Shown one piece after another: positions 50,461 through 63,245 of a DNA stretch of 64,000 nt. The stretch is from NCBI GenBank assembly GCA_030141605.1, contig JAQGDQ010000172.1, positions 124,001 to 188,000 on the forward strand, given 5' to 3'. Below the pieces are notes generated by a model, which was given only the letters and a program-made list of their open reading frames with translations, had not been told where the DNA came from and did not search any database. Numbering within the stretch: the stretch's first letter is position 1; the number at the start of each line of letters is the position of its first letter. The position numbers and the translations under genes were made by a program. The stretch is from Tubiluchus corallicola. Its lineage: Eukaryota > Animalia > Priapulida.

Positions 50461-51062
50461 AAAGACTGCAGTAAAATTACCAGTTTTTCGTCTACGATTA
50501 TGCTCTGTCAATATTATTTCATTATTTTGGGCTTCTCTCGTCTACGTGGTAACAGTAGATCTACAGATTGTCGGGTATGGAGTAACTGTGGTTTGCCACC
50601 ATGCTTGGCCAATTATTTTGAGGATGTTTTGACAAAGCACACAGAAAAAAGTGGAACTTTCTAGTCCGTCTGTTTTAAAGCCCAATCACGCATTTTAGTT
50701 TCTCACATTTCTGGAGTGGCGTTTTGCACTGCAGTAGGCTAACCCACTTAAATGTCTGCACAGCCCTTGATACAACTGGTAATGTAATAAACACCGGAAT
50801 TTTAATACCAAAAAAGAACACATATTATAATAAAAAAAATCAAGGTATAATGTATTAAAATTAACTGACAATGTAATTGAAGGTGGTGCGCATTAACCCC
50901 TCGTCTCATTGGCATCATAACCTTCTACGCATCAGCCCAATCAGTCAAATGACAGCTCCTTTACTCAACAACTAACCTGCTTATTCATGTTATGATAATG
51001 TTGTTTTTGTCTTTTTTCTTTTCCATTCTTTCTCAGTTGATGACTGCTGATTCACAGACGCG

Positions 51063-51071
<9 letters not shown>

Positions 51072-51111
<40 letters not shown>

Positions 51112-51123
51112 CTCGCTCTCTCT
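51072..51123. repeat. (CT)n microsatellite on the left flank of the LINE
   Basis: Visible. Confidence 0.95.
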
Positions 51124-52738
51124 AATGTAACAGGAGAAAACAAAATTTGTAATATGTTGGACGGAGCACTATCGCGTTCTTTTTAATTCGGTTGATAATG
51201 GAAATTTGGAGGCGCAACTGCACCGGGCCCTTGCAGAAGATAAGCATACTGTACCCAAGTTTACTGTTAGGGAAGTGCAAAACGCAATCGACACACTAAC
51301 TTTGCATAAATCTGCAGGTCCGGATGGTATACAGGCCGAACATTGTAAGTATTCTTCCTCAATGTTACCGGTTCTTTTATCTTTGTTATTTAGCTTGTGT
51401 TTTATTCACGGCTTTCTTCCTGAATCGCCCATGATGTCTATATTAATTCCTCTAGTGAAAGATAAAAATAAAAATATTACGGATGCAAATAACTATAGGC
51501 CAATTACACTAACTTCAATTGCCAGCAAAATATTCGAAATTTTATTACTTAACAGATACAAACAATATATTCCAACAACTCCTAATCAGTTTGGTTATGT
51601 AAAAAAACTTGGCATCGAAATTTGCATAAACACATTAAAGGAGATCATTAGTCGTGATAGCTCTGTTCACATTGTTTTTATCGACGCGTCAAAGGCATTT
51701 GATAGGGTTAATTTCTTCAAGTTTTTTCTCAAACTCACAAAGACTTCAATACCGAATATTGTAATCCGCTTGCTCACATTTATTACACGCAACAAGGCAT
51801 GTCTGTCAGGTGGGGACATAGTCAGTCTACAACTTTTAATATTGGAAATGGCGTACGCCAAGGTGGCAAGATGTCGCCTTTTCTTTTTAATTTGTATTTT
51901 AAAGATCTAAGTGTTAAGCTTTCATCCAGCCAACTTGGTTGCAATGTCTCCAACATGGTTATGAACCACCTGATGTACGCTGACGATGTTTGTTTGTTAG
52001 CAACAAAAATTACGGCCCTACAGCAACTACTAGCTGTGTATAAATTGCATGCTGAACAGTATGACATAAAAATCAATGCAGTTAAAACTAAACTTATGTC
52101 TGTTAATTCAAACATCGTGAGAAATTTTACGTTTGGTAACATCAAACTAGATAATAATGTTCTACGTACCTGTGATAATGAAAAATATTTGGGACATATT
52201 ATTTCAAATGACAACCTAGATGACCTTGACATTGTTAATCAAAGATCCTAATACTACTGTAGTATAAACCAACTTATTAGAAAATTCACTATTGTTCTGT
52301 TGATGTTAAAAGATATCTATTTAATGCTTACTGTAATACATTCTATTGCATGTCTACCTGGAGACATTTTAATAATTGTAATATCTTAAAACTTAATATT
52401 GCGCACAATGTATCAAAAAGATTATTTTTTGGATATGCATATGATTACAGTGCGTGTGATGTATTTTGATGTATTACGTAGAAAATCTGTTTTAAGTTTA
52501 TTGAAAAGATATGATTATAGTGATAATTTATTGTGCCAGAAAATTTTAGTAAGCGACACTAAATTTACATCGCACATGAGACAGCAATGGTGGAGACTAT
52601 TATTGTAATTTTCATGTTTATCTAAGTTTGTGTGTGTGATTTGTTTGTATTGTTTTTTTGTTTTTATGATGTTGTATGTTGTATATATGTAAATCATAAT
52701 ATGAACTTATGTTTGAAATAAAAAATTAAATCAATTCG

Positions 52739-52740
<2 letters not shown>
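51124..52740 (+). mobile_element. 5'-truncated, frameshifted non-LTR retrotransposon (RTE-X-like reverse transcriptase)
   Basis: RT motifs KSAGPDGI, NYRPITL, QFG, FIDASKAFDRV, GVRQGG.MSP.LFN, YADD and KYLG are split over ORFs 51206, 51799 and 52399. GT-rich 3'UTR and AATAAA near 52717. Confidence 0.95.

Positions 52741-52806
<66 letters not shown>
52741..52806. repeat. (TC)n microsatellite between two LINE copies
   Basis: Visible. Confidence 0.95.
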
Positions 52807-52810
<4 letters not shown>

Positions 52811-53400
52811 TTTTATCGGAAGACAATAGAGTGATTTAGGTATATTACGACAATGCTCAATTTACTATGGCAGAGCCAATAAAATACCCATGAAATTTGC
52901 TCACTGTTTAGTTAACTTGAAGAGACAATTGTTTAACGCTTGTTTAACGCTTACTGCACTACTTATTATTGTACGTCCACTTGGAAACATTTTTATTCTT
53001 ACAATCTTGGCAAATCTTACAATCTATACAAACTCAAGGTTACGTATAATTTATCAACACGGAAGCTGTTTAACTTTTCGTATGATACGAGCGCCAGATA
53101 TATTTTTACGAGACTTAATCTCATTTATTTTGATGTGATTCATAGAAAATGCGCATACAGTTTACACGACAGGCTGAATAAGAGTGAAAACTTTATATGC
53201 AAGAGCATTTTGAACAGTGATGTAAACTTTGCTTCTGTAATTGGACGTCATTGGTGTATTTTGTTATATCGTTAATTGTTATTTGTGTTATTGTTGTGTG
53301 TCACAATTTATTGTATTATTTGTATTAATTTGTGATGTGTATATGAACTTTGTAAAGTTTGAAATAAAATATTAAATCTTAAAAAATCTTAAAAATCTTG
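52807..53400 (+). mobile_element. Second, shorter 3' fragment of a related RTE-X-like LINE
   Basis: FNAYCTTYYCTSTW...HWCILL parallels 52320-52608. Ends in AATAAA plus (aaaaatctt)n. Confidence 0.85.
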
Positions 53401-55599
53401 CGTTTATCTTTCCTTTAGAGTAGGACGCTACTTGTCCTTTTGGAGCCTGCATCTTCTGTTTGACTGTGCATTAATTTTTTCATTATGTTAACGGTTACAT
53501 TATATATTGATTTTTATTACGTCACGAGTTAATTTTTTTCTGTACTACATATATATAATAATGATAAATTTTTATTTGAAAAGCTTTTTACAATCCCTCT
53601 ATTTGCAGGGAAGAATATAACAAAAACATGTTATAATATTGTTTGTTTCATTAAACTTTTAAGTAAACGGCTGGTCTAAGGTTACAAAAAACGATAGAAA
53701 TTTGCACAATTTCCATTAATTAATTTTTCTAATTAATTAATTCGCATGATCTATGGCACAATATTGCCGTTTATTACGTTATCGGCTGTAACAGTGTTGG
53801 TTAGCCTCCATTATCAACTCCATTTAAAACATAAACAAAACCTCCACACGACACGTTTTGCTTGTGGTTTTTTACCTAGCCGAGCAGTATCATTTAATCA
53901 CCTGCAAAGATTAATGTTCATTCAGGTGTTTTAGCGATAAGATGTCTTTTTTATTGATTGTTTTCTCCCAGTTCCCAAGAATCTCTTCAAAGATAAGACG
54001 CTGTTATTATTCAAAGACTGCAAAAAATCTCGGTAAACGTACATCGCATGAACCACAGCAAACACATAGAAAGTTTGTTAAAATGCAGTCTACATTTTGA
54101 AACACAGCCGAAACGTATTTCGGAAATGCGGGCCTTTAACTTATGTTGGAAAATTAGTTTCTATTCTTTCGTTCATTTTCAAGTCGAATTCCTCAAAAGT
54201 ACAAACTCCACAGACTTGAGGATATAATCTTAGTATTAGGGAATTCATTTCGTCGTACATAAAGTACAATTCCATTCATTAAAGTAGGAGACATATATAA
54301 AAAAAGATAAAATGCAATATTAAAAACTAGCACCTACTATAAAAATATTTACAAGAGAGGATCAGTTTTTAGGTAAATGTAAAACTAATTGCACTGCCAT
54401 AAAACTCCTGTGCACATTTGCTTCATACAAATTTTTAATCACAGCAATTGATTCTGAATGGTTATCTTGCACACTGTTCATAAAATTACGAATGATTACA
54501 GATTTGACTGATTTTTTTAATTGAGTTACCAATTATTAAATTATACTTATTTTCTAACATCCATACATGCTTCCAAAACTCAGTGGCCATGATAATAATG
54601 ATTTACAATATAATATTTGATTAAAATACTTCTTGACTTACAATCAACTAGTCATGTTATACTACGTATGTTGTACAACCAACTAGAGTTTTGTCAACTG
54701 CGGTTCAAATTGCTGGTAAAATTTCCTGTAACTTTTTCATTTGATTATGATTTTGCGATATTGCAGGTGGGTGTACCACATCTAGAAAGGAAGCTCAGCT
54801 GCCCAGTCTCTATTTCTACTATCGCCATATCTTTTAAATGTTTCTTGTTTTCATCACGATTTTGTCAATTGCACTAGTTCATGTTTCGATCGGTGTTATT
54901 ATAGCGTATTAAATCTAGTCTTTGTAATGACATTTGTTTTTTTTGCCTACTGCTTGACTGTGGTGACTTTTCCGCCATTGTATATGTACAACCCTCGTGG
55001 CTTGTGTTCTTTACCAATTATCATCATATCACGAGGCAAAGCCTATTGTAGGAGCGGTCTCTCTTTTCTATACATCCACTTCACAACCTATCTATGGTGA
55101 ACAGCCTAGCACTAGTGCTTTTGCTAATCAAAAAGGTGTTTTTATTTCAGGCCGAACTAAAGATTTTAAATGAGACTTGTGTGTACATATTTCTCCACTT
55201 AGAATTTTGTCACATTTAAAATGAATTCGGGAGATGCTGTCTAACTCTTCCGATCATCTTAGGCCCTGTCTGCTGCCCAAAGGTTAAAAAGTTTCAGACT
55301 TTCACTTAAGGCTTTATTGTGCAAGGAGTTAGTTAGCCTTCAAGAGATTTTAAATCCAACAAATTTTCTTCTGTTCTACTGTACACATGCCTAATGTTTC
55401 ATTTTTTCCGAATTTTTCACGAGACTTGCGTTCTACACAACCGTTCAATGCGATCCTTTTACTAATCAATTTACAGTGTTGTTCATGTTTGGCGCAAAGG
55501 TTTCTCTTATCACCACCCACAGAGTCAGAGAATGAATTGTGTGGGAGTAACATAACTTTAATTTTTTCCCTCATTTGGCTTTTATCAAGCGACCTGTAA

Positions 55600-55750
55600 A
55601 TTTATAATTTAGTATTTGTCTTGTTTGCTTTTTACAATGTCGATTTTTATTTTTGTACACTATATTTTATTTAGGTGGATTGTTGCGTCATGAAGATGAC
55701 CATAATTGATCGAAACGTTGCAGATTTTTGTGTCTGATTAAAAGTCATGT
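55600..55750 (+). mobile_element. Penelope-type tail with a hammerhead relic
   Basis: aTGAAGA-t-gacc-ataatt-gatc-GAAACGTT at 55690-55719, after a T-rich tract. Confidence 0.4.
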
Positions 55751-56939
55751 CTTCGCTTAACTATGTGCTGGCTGTTCATTTCGTTCCACTGTTCAATTAA
55801 AAAAAATTAAAGGAGGTAGATGATGAGCAGATGAGCACCAATGCTGTAAAGCGACGTACTTTCTAAAACTGTTGTTTTTGGTGTTACTAAGCTTCCCATC
55901 GTCTCCTGTCCCTGGCTCCCTGTTTCTTCTTCAGTACATACCCATGCCTCATGAAGGCGAGGACCCAGGGTCTCATAACACAAAATCGCGTAGGCCTACA
56001 TACGAAATACATGAAACAGCCACAACCGGGAGGGCGCTATGGATATGCGTTTGCGGCGTCTTCCGTTTAAACTGTCCCGCCAAGCATGACCATTATTTGC
56101 ATCAGGCGAGTAAGGAACTGTTTAAACGTTCAGAGTGACTGAAAGAACAAACATGCATAATTAAACAAACCCTTTTAATCATAATAAAAGCATAATGCTT
56201 CACGTAATTGTTACGTTTCTTGTTTCCGTTTCATAATGCAGCAGTAAATGCAATGACGATTTCCTCCTAACCTAAATAACGTCAAATTACACTAGCCTAC
56301 TAGGTAGAAGCTCTATACGGTGTAATTGCGCGTGTGGTAAAAGAAAATTCCTTATTCGGGGTATTATTTTTTACAACATACACAATGTGAAGAAAATTGA
56401 CCAAGTGTTGAAACTACTAATTAATAAAAGTTGTTAATAATTTAACAAAAGAAACAATAATTAGGTTCCTAGATACTTATTGTCGGTATTTAGTTTATGG
56501 GAAAATTTAAAGGCCAAAAAGTTGTGAGCTAAGGTGTCTCCAATTCGAAAATTGTTGGTGGGCCCTCTACCCTACAAAAGCTGAAGATTGACGTTTTATG
56601 GACTTATGCTTCGTGTAATACGCCAGTCAAAAAGTATTGAGTCAAAAATTAGTAAAATCAAAATCCAATGGCGATGTAATATTGCATATAGGGTTCGCCT
56701 ATTAATTTTTTCTTAAAAGGTAGATAGTGACGATAAACTGAAATTGCAAAAAAATAAATAAATAAACGATCAGCAAAACACATTGAGACATGGATACGAG
56801 GGCAGACTGAATAGTTTCACTACGTTCACAGTATCAAGAAACTTCGTGCACACTGGACACTTGTTAATTCATCATAGCGCCCTCCGCTCGAATGTGTACA
56901 TTGGGCCCTTTTTGGCGCAGTCCCCAGTTTAAACAAATC

Positions 56940-57200
56940 TGTCTAAATTTATCTAATTTAGCAATGGCTGGCGGCATCTGGTGATGTCCTTTTTTAATCG
57001 AGTGAGGTTGTAGTTATCACAGCAACAGTTTTCTGGTAGAGAAGTCCACAGAAAAGAAGCCCGAGTGAAAACGGGATTTTTAAGCAGTTGTTCTACTGAA
57101 GCAGAGAGAAGCAGTAAAAAAGCGAGTACTACAAACAAACTGTCAGCGTTTGGAAACCAGCAAGGCGACGTGAGAGCATTTTCCACTGAAAACATCTTCC
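56940..57200 (-). mobile_element. 3' end of a CR1/L2-like LINE
   Basis: FTRASFLWTSLPENCCCDNYNLTRLKK resembles the F.R...LWNSLP....YNL..FK LINE C-terminus. Confidence 0.55.
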
Positions 57201-57339
57201 ATAGAAATAGCGATAAAAGGTAAATACAGGGTTTACCTAGGTAAAAAAGTGCCTAAGCATGACAATCGTTTTTAGGTGGCAGCTGTGTCACGCACATGCT
57301 AACTATCACCATCATATATATATATATGTCAATTTAAAT

Positions 57340-57800
57340 GTGTATTGTAGTATTTCTAATAACTACTGGCGAAATGATACGCGGGCAAACGTTGCCACTC
57401 TCTAAATAGATATTGCACTATTTTTGACATCCACTTATAAATAATCTACTGGCGAAGTGTACTACTATTTAAATACTTACGGCACTATTTCTAATGTCAA
57501 CTGGCAAGATGATGCACTGGCGAAATGATACACTGCCATAGGTTACCTTTTTTCTAAATGGATACTGTACTATTTTTGACATCCACAGCTGAAATGATTC
57601 ACTGGTGAAGTGTACTACTATTCAAATGCTTACTGCACTATTTACAATAATCAAAGGAGAAATGCTACATTGGTGAAAAGACATACTGGCGAAAAGATTA
57701 GATTGGCGGAACGATGCATTGGCGAAATGATAAACTGGCGAAAAGATAGAATAGCGAAATGATGCACCGACAAATTGTGCCCTGGCGAAGTGATATACAA
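57340..57800. repeat. Repeat with a ~151-bp tandem dimer and short tggcgaaatga subrepeats
   Basis: actggcgaaatgatac...ctatttttgacatccac...gaagtgtactactatt occurs twice, and many ggcgaa motifs follow. Confidence 0.85.
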
Positions 57801-58554
57801 TCATATTACAATCAAGTGATATAACATCATACACTGATACTATGTCTCATATGCTATCGTTACTGTCGTGAAATGTCGGAAGCTGTATTTATTGCAGACT
57901 CCGGCATCTCACGAATTGTGGCTAGGCTTAAATTTTAAAGTCTAAATTTCTTCTTCTTTGACGCATCAATGCGCATCCTTCATTCATATACTACAGCTTC
58001 TCATTAATCTACAGCTCTTCGGATCTTATATAAGGTTGGTTTAAAGTAACTATGCTCTTGGTCAGTTTGTCTCTGTCAGTACGATAAACACCCGTCTCTT
58101 TTGTCTTGTGCTATGCATGTGTGTCAGTTTAGAATGTGAGTTGTAAAATATATTATATATTATATATATATTACATATTATATAAAATTAATCTTGATCT
58201 TTTCTTTCTATAGCAGCATTTAAATTCACAATAATTAAGCCAGCTTCACAGATTTCGGTCGACATTATTCAGCTTCAGTAATGACGATGGGAGCATATGT
58301 TCCTACGTTTTCTTCCTTTGTCGCCACGGTTACCATAGGAGAATAATTATACTGCAGGGGGCTTGGGAAGCAAAGGCAAAAAGGTTAGATCATAGAGGAA
58401 AGGAAGAAGGACATGTCAGCGGAAGTAGTAGGAAGAAAGACAGTAGTTCATGCGATGTCTACATTGGCTCTCAAAATTAATCAATGATGTCTTTCATCCA
58501 TAATCTGTACCTCGATTGTGGGAGGGCTGCAATAAATGCAGACTATTAAAATAT

Positions 58555-58810
58555 TGTATTTAATAAAAATCATTATTTATATTTCTTTTTAAATATTTAT
58601 ATTGGCCGTATCGTTTTAGTTCATCATTTATGCCATTCCAAAGCCTTGCACCGACTTTTGCAATGAAGTGACATGTCACGACTGTTCTGCAGAAATTAAT
58701 GACAAACTCATTCATTCTGATTGCATGTAGTCGACTATTAAGTTGAACAGAATTAAAGAATGTCGGGAAAAGATGACATTTAGTTTTATACATGTATATA
58801 GTACTGTTCA
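58555..58810 (-). mobile_element. 3' end of a CR1/L2-like LINE
   Basis: GARLWNGINDELK...KRNI resembles the G..LWN.L...LK C-terminal motif. Confidence 0.5.
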
Positions 58811-61800
58811 TTTGTCAATCATCAATAACTGAAATGTTATTAGTTCTGAAACACGTTAAACTGAGGGGCTCTCGTTTTCTAAGTGACTGATGTGCTAAAA
58901 TGCTTACTTTTGAACTCTGGTGTTACACACATATATTACACAAAAACGTGCACCAGGTAAGTACCTTGCTTGCTTAAATTAATAAGATTGTTGCCAAAAT
59001 TATAGAAAAACAGGACAGTTAATGTAACTACACAATTAATGGTTGAGCTTGCAAATATGAATGATTTAGTTCGTTTGACCATGTGCATAAAAGCTTGACT
59101 TAAGTAATATAACAGTGATTTTCAACGTAGAAAGTTTATCGGGTTGCGTTGCGACAATGGCCTAATAGGTGCGTCTAAGATGTTTGCTGCTCTAACAGTA
59201 GAAGTAGTAGTGATTGGAAGCGTGAGCACATCTAATCACAAGTGCTTTTTAGAAACAAAGGCCAAACAACGTACGGAAACCTTTTCTCCTCTGAGAAGTA
59301 AGGAAAAGGACGGGAACAAAGAGAAGGAGGAAGAGAGGAAGGAGGAGAAAGATCATGATCTATAGAATTATACCTTGCGCGGCACACAGTTAAAAATCAC
59401 CTCGTTTACGTGTGAAATCCAATAGCAGCGTATGAACTAACTCTACTGTAGCATCGACAATCTTAGATATTTGCTTTTTCACTTATCTGACGCTTTCAGG
59501 ATCCAAGAAACATTGCCCCCAATAATCAAAAGTCTAAAGTAAAAGTAACGGAATATTTGTTTTCCATATAACTGTGTTTGGTTTATGATTTCTCCAGAGT
59601 TAGAATTCGTCTTGATCTATATAGCAAGAAAGCTCAAAGAGTATTGGTTGTGTACTGTATATAGCAACATATATGTTTACTATGGCCATTCTGGCAATTT
59701 TTATAATGTAACATGTAATAAAGGTGAAATATTTATAATTTTCAAACGTGTTCACAGTAAAATCATTGTTATATATATATATAATGTATATATATATATA
59801 TATAATGGGACGTATTATAATAGGGCAAAATGGTGGAAGGACAAACAAATAAGGGCAATAGAAGAATAACGTTGTCTAGTGACTGATGGCTCAAAATAAA
59901 AAAATAAACAAGCATACATACAAGAGAATTTACTAACAAACGATGAAAGCGAAGAGTATCAGCCGAGGATATAGCGTTTGTTACACTGCAGCTAATCATC
60001 GCCGGGCTGGATAGCTGACGGATGAGTGACACCAAAACGACTATTTCCAAACCGCTTCATCAGCCATACTACCGCTATCATTCAAGGACCGTGTCAAAAG
60101 TAGTTGTCTCATTTCATACAATTATCGTTGATAACTGGATAGATTCCGTTCCTGCCACAATCACTGACTTAACAGGCAGCACACTGACCGCAAGTTGCTA
60201 CCTTGCAGTAAGGCAAACTGTGTAAAAATCGACGAATCAAGCAAAAATAAAGAAAACAGACAGCAAACAGTCAAACATTTTAATATATTTCATTAGAAAT
60301 TAAATAAGAAACAGAGGAACAACTGTTTGGTAATGTGATAATTCATTGTCATAACAAAGTAGCTTAAATAAATAATTAACGGGTTTCACTAAAAAGACAC
60401 CATAGCAGCAACAAACTTTAACAAAAAGATCAGACTAATTTTTTCATTGAAATGTTTCAGTACGTTTCGGAATGTCAGCATTCGGTCATTAGTTGATAAT
60501 GTGTAGAAAAAATGTAGAAAACTGACGGAAATTTCAGCAGATAGCAAAATAGACAAGTATCTAACGCAATTTAGAAAAGCTTAAGGCCTAAGATTTCCTT
60601 AGATACTTTTCTATGATTTCCTTTCATCATAGTTTTATATATTTTGTTCTGTAGTTATAGAGTATTATTGACCTACCGAATTGTATTTAAGCATTTTAAT
60701 AAAAAACCTCTAGAGAGTTGCTACAAGAAATGGAACAATAAATACAAATAAAAATACATTTCTTTATTGTGTTGTTTTTATTCATTAACTATAACATGTA
60801 CCTAGACTTAATACATCTATTGTGGTTGTCACCGCAGGTATATATTATATACGATGTTGTGTCCACAGAGCATTATGATGACGTCAGTTTTAGCAGAAGA
60901 GAAGCTACGTTGAGCAATCGTAAATAAGCCTCATGTCAACATATAGGCCTATATGCGAATTTACAGTTCACACCTACTGCATATGGCAGTTCTCTTGTAG
61001 ACAGAACGATTAAGTACCTAAGCAATGTCACTGCCTTCTTTTGGTAATCTCAGGTACTTTTAAGATGTCCCAAAGGTGCCCTATTTAGTACCACGTTTAC
61101 ATGTATTTCTCCTGCATGCTTTGATTCTCTCTCATTGATACCAGTTCAAAATCACCCGGGACTGTAATTATTCTAGATGGAGTCTTTCAGGTTCTACCAA
61201 GAGCAACTTCTATTTGGACTTTCTATTATCAAGTCTTACTAAATTACAATCACGAAAAGTTGAAACGAATTAACATCAACGTAGTCATCTGTATTTGTTT
61301 TTGAGAAAAATCTGGTCCGCGCTATCAGTTTTGCATAGTGCTGTACGTAGCAAGAATGAGGTTTTCTATAAAGTGTATATGATTCCTATTACAGGTTTTT
61401 AATAGATAAGCAAAAGAGTAGTAGTGCACAAACCACAAACTTAACAAAAATAAATTGCACCATTGCGTGTGTAAATTTAATTATTATTTTTCTGACCTGA
61501 GCTACTGATATATGCTGGTATCAAAAAAACCATGCTGACCAAAAAAATCATACTGACGTCATGTTTGTTTCTTGTCTGCTGCTGTTGGATCAAACTATTT
61601 AATTTTCAAAGAAATTGTTGTAAAATTAATTTCATATATAAGAAACTAGAAAACAATTATACGTATTGTTAGTAAAAGCGATATAACTTTATTTTGCTAA
61701 TTTTAAAACAGTTTTAAAATTTGCTGATATTTGCGACATACACGTTATTTTAAGTCTGAGCGTTTGAAATATAATCAATAATTAAACTGTACCTGCAATG

Positions 61801-62589
61801 CAGCCTCCACCTGAAACGAAGTAAGCGAACCTATGCACAATTATGGCTTATCGGCCCTACAATAAGTACAGTATGACTTTGTCTTTTTGCTTTACATACC
61901 TCGTAGAGGTATCTGATTGCATACACCTGTCCACAAAGGCATTGTGTAAGCAAACAGTAAAATACTTTTTTCAATTAGCACCTGTCAGCCAGTGAGGAGA
62001 GACTGATTAACAAAGTGATATATAATAACAGCAATTCGATCGTTTGTTATTAATTGACGACGTGTTGGGAGATAAAAGTCGATTATTCCTGTGTCCCGAA
62101 TTTCATTTTTGTCAGTAGCTTTTACCACCATTATTTAACTTCCAAAGTTTTCAATAGCTCGTCATGATACAAAAGAAATTTGTTTAAATCCGTGATGTAA
62201 CATATATGTAACATTTTTTAGAAACCTGCTTCCTGAAATTTCGCACGAATTTTTCATTATCCATGCACCTAAGGGGGGGGGGGAGTTACAACCACTGGAA
62301 AAAAACTCAAGCCAATCAAACTTGCTGCACAGATAGTGCTAAGAAGGGAAGAATCGCTATTTTTTTATAAAACAATAATAATATAATAAGTCTATTTATC
62401 ATCGTTACAACAAAAGATTGAATTACAATATAATTACAGCAGAATTATAGCGAAATGTAAAATTTTTCAAAAGAAAAAGCAATGTAGAACATTTTGCGAC
62501 AAGCACTATTACGCTGTTACAAGATACATGAACGTTATTATCGCTATGCAACTTCCATACGTTTTGTACACAGTACATAATATATGCGT

Positions 62590-62835
62590 TGTACATAGTA
62601 ACCCAGACAAACACGGAGAGAGTCCCATAACAAAAGAGAGAGGTCAAGTCAATTTCAAACTTGGTGCACTAGTAGTCCTCTAATATGGGAAACGGTTAAT
62701 AGGCATATCGCGCATTGAATTTGACATTGACGGGTCATCTTCTATTAGGTCACTGTGCGTTGTCCAAACATGTTAACATCTCCACAACCACGAATATCTA
62801 CCCAAACAAACTTGGCGCATGCGCAGTAACAGCGT
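62590..62835. mobile_element. Non-autonomous repeat remnant (Helentron/HINE-like)
   Basis: cagacaaacacggagag, tttcaaacttgg and aaacttggcgcatgcgcagtaac motifs typical of such repeats. Confidence 0.35.
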
Positions 62836-63150
62836 TAGAAAGGGTTACTTATGCAAGGATTTAATAAAATTCTTGCAATGAAGAAAGAATAAAGAGAACT
62901 TTTTTCCTTTTCTCTGTCTTTATTTCGGATTTTTATTTGTACTTATTCATTAAGAATTATTTCCGCGCTATATAAGCAATGCTTTTCACATACACGCACG
63001 AAAGCAATACCAAATTACAAAATTTTTGTTCCTCCAATTGGACTTGAATTAAATACCTTCTGTCTTCCAGGCAGTTAGGTTACGAATAAAAATTGATTTT
63101 GAACTTAAGCGTGTGGCCCTGAAATTAGCAGGTATTTTCCTGTTTCAAAC

Positions 63151-63245
63151 CTCGAGAATACGTGTATATGACCCACTAACATCCAATATGAATAAAAACG
63201 CCATCACCATAAATAGCCAATACTGTTCGACGCAAAATTGTAGAG
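63151..63245 (-). CDS. Tentative signal-peptide-bearing exon, possibly of the AstC-like gene
   Basis: ttcag|CT ... GAG|gtttga. Reads LQFCVEQYWLFMVMAFLFILDVSGSYTRILE, hydrophobic core, ends in phase 0 as the 42796 exon requires. The donor is weak and the intron would be 20 kb. Confidence 0.2.

Noticed and set aside
56953-57195. Hydrophobic ORF resembling a signal peptide
   Set aside because: Its C-terminal half matches a CR1/L2 LINE end.
16490-57800. CRISPR-like arrays at 16.5 kb and 57.5 kb
   Set aside because: Units diverge along their whole length with no constant repeat and unique spacer pattern; eukaryotic context.
61900-61974. LKKVFYCLLTQCLCGQVYAIRYLYE before a strong gtatgt donor
   Set aside because: Signal-peptide-like and phase 0, but no ATG and an in-frame stop just upstream; kept only as an alternative donor to test.
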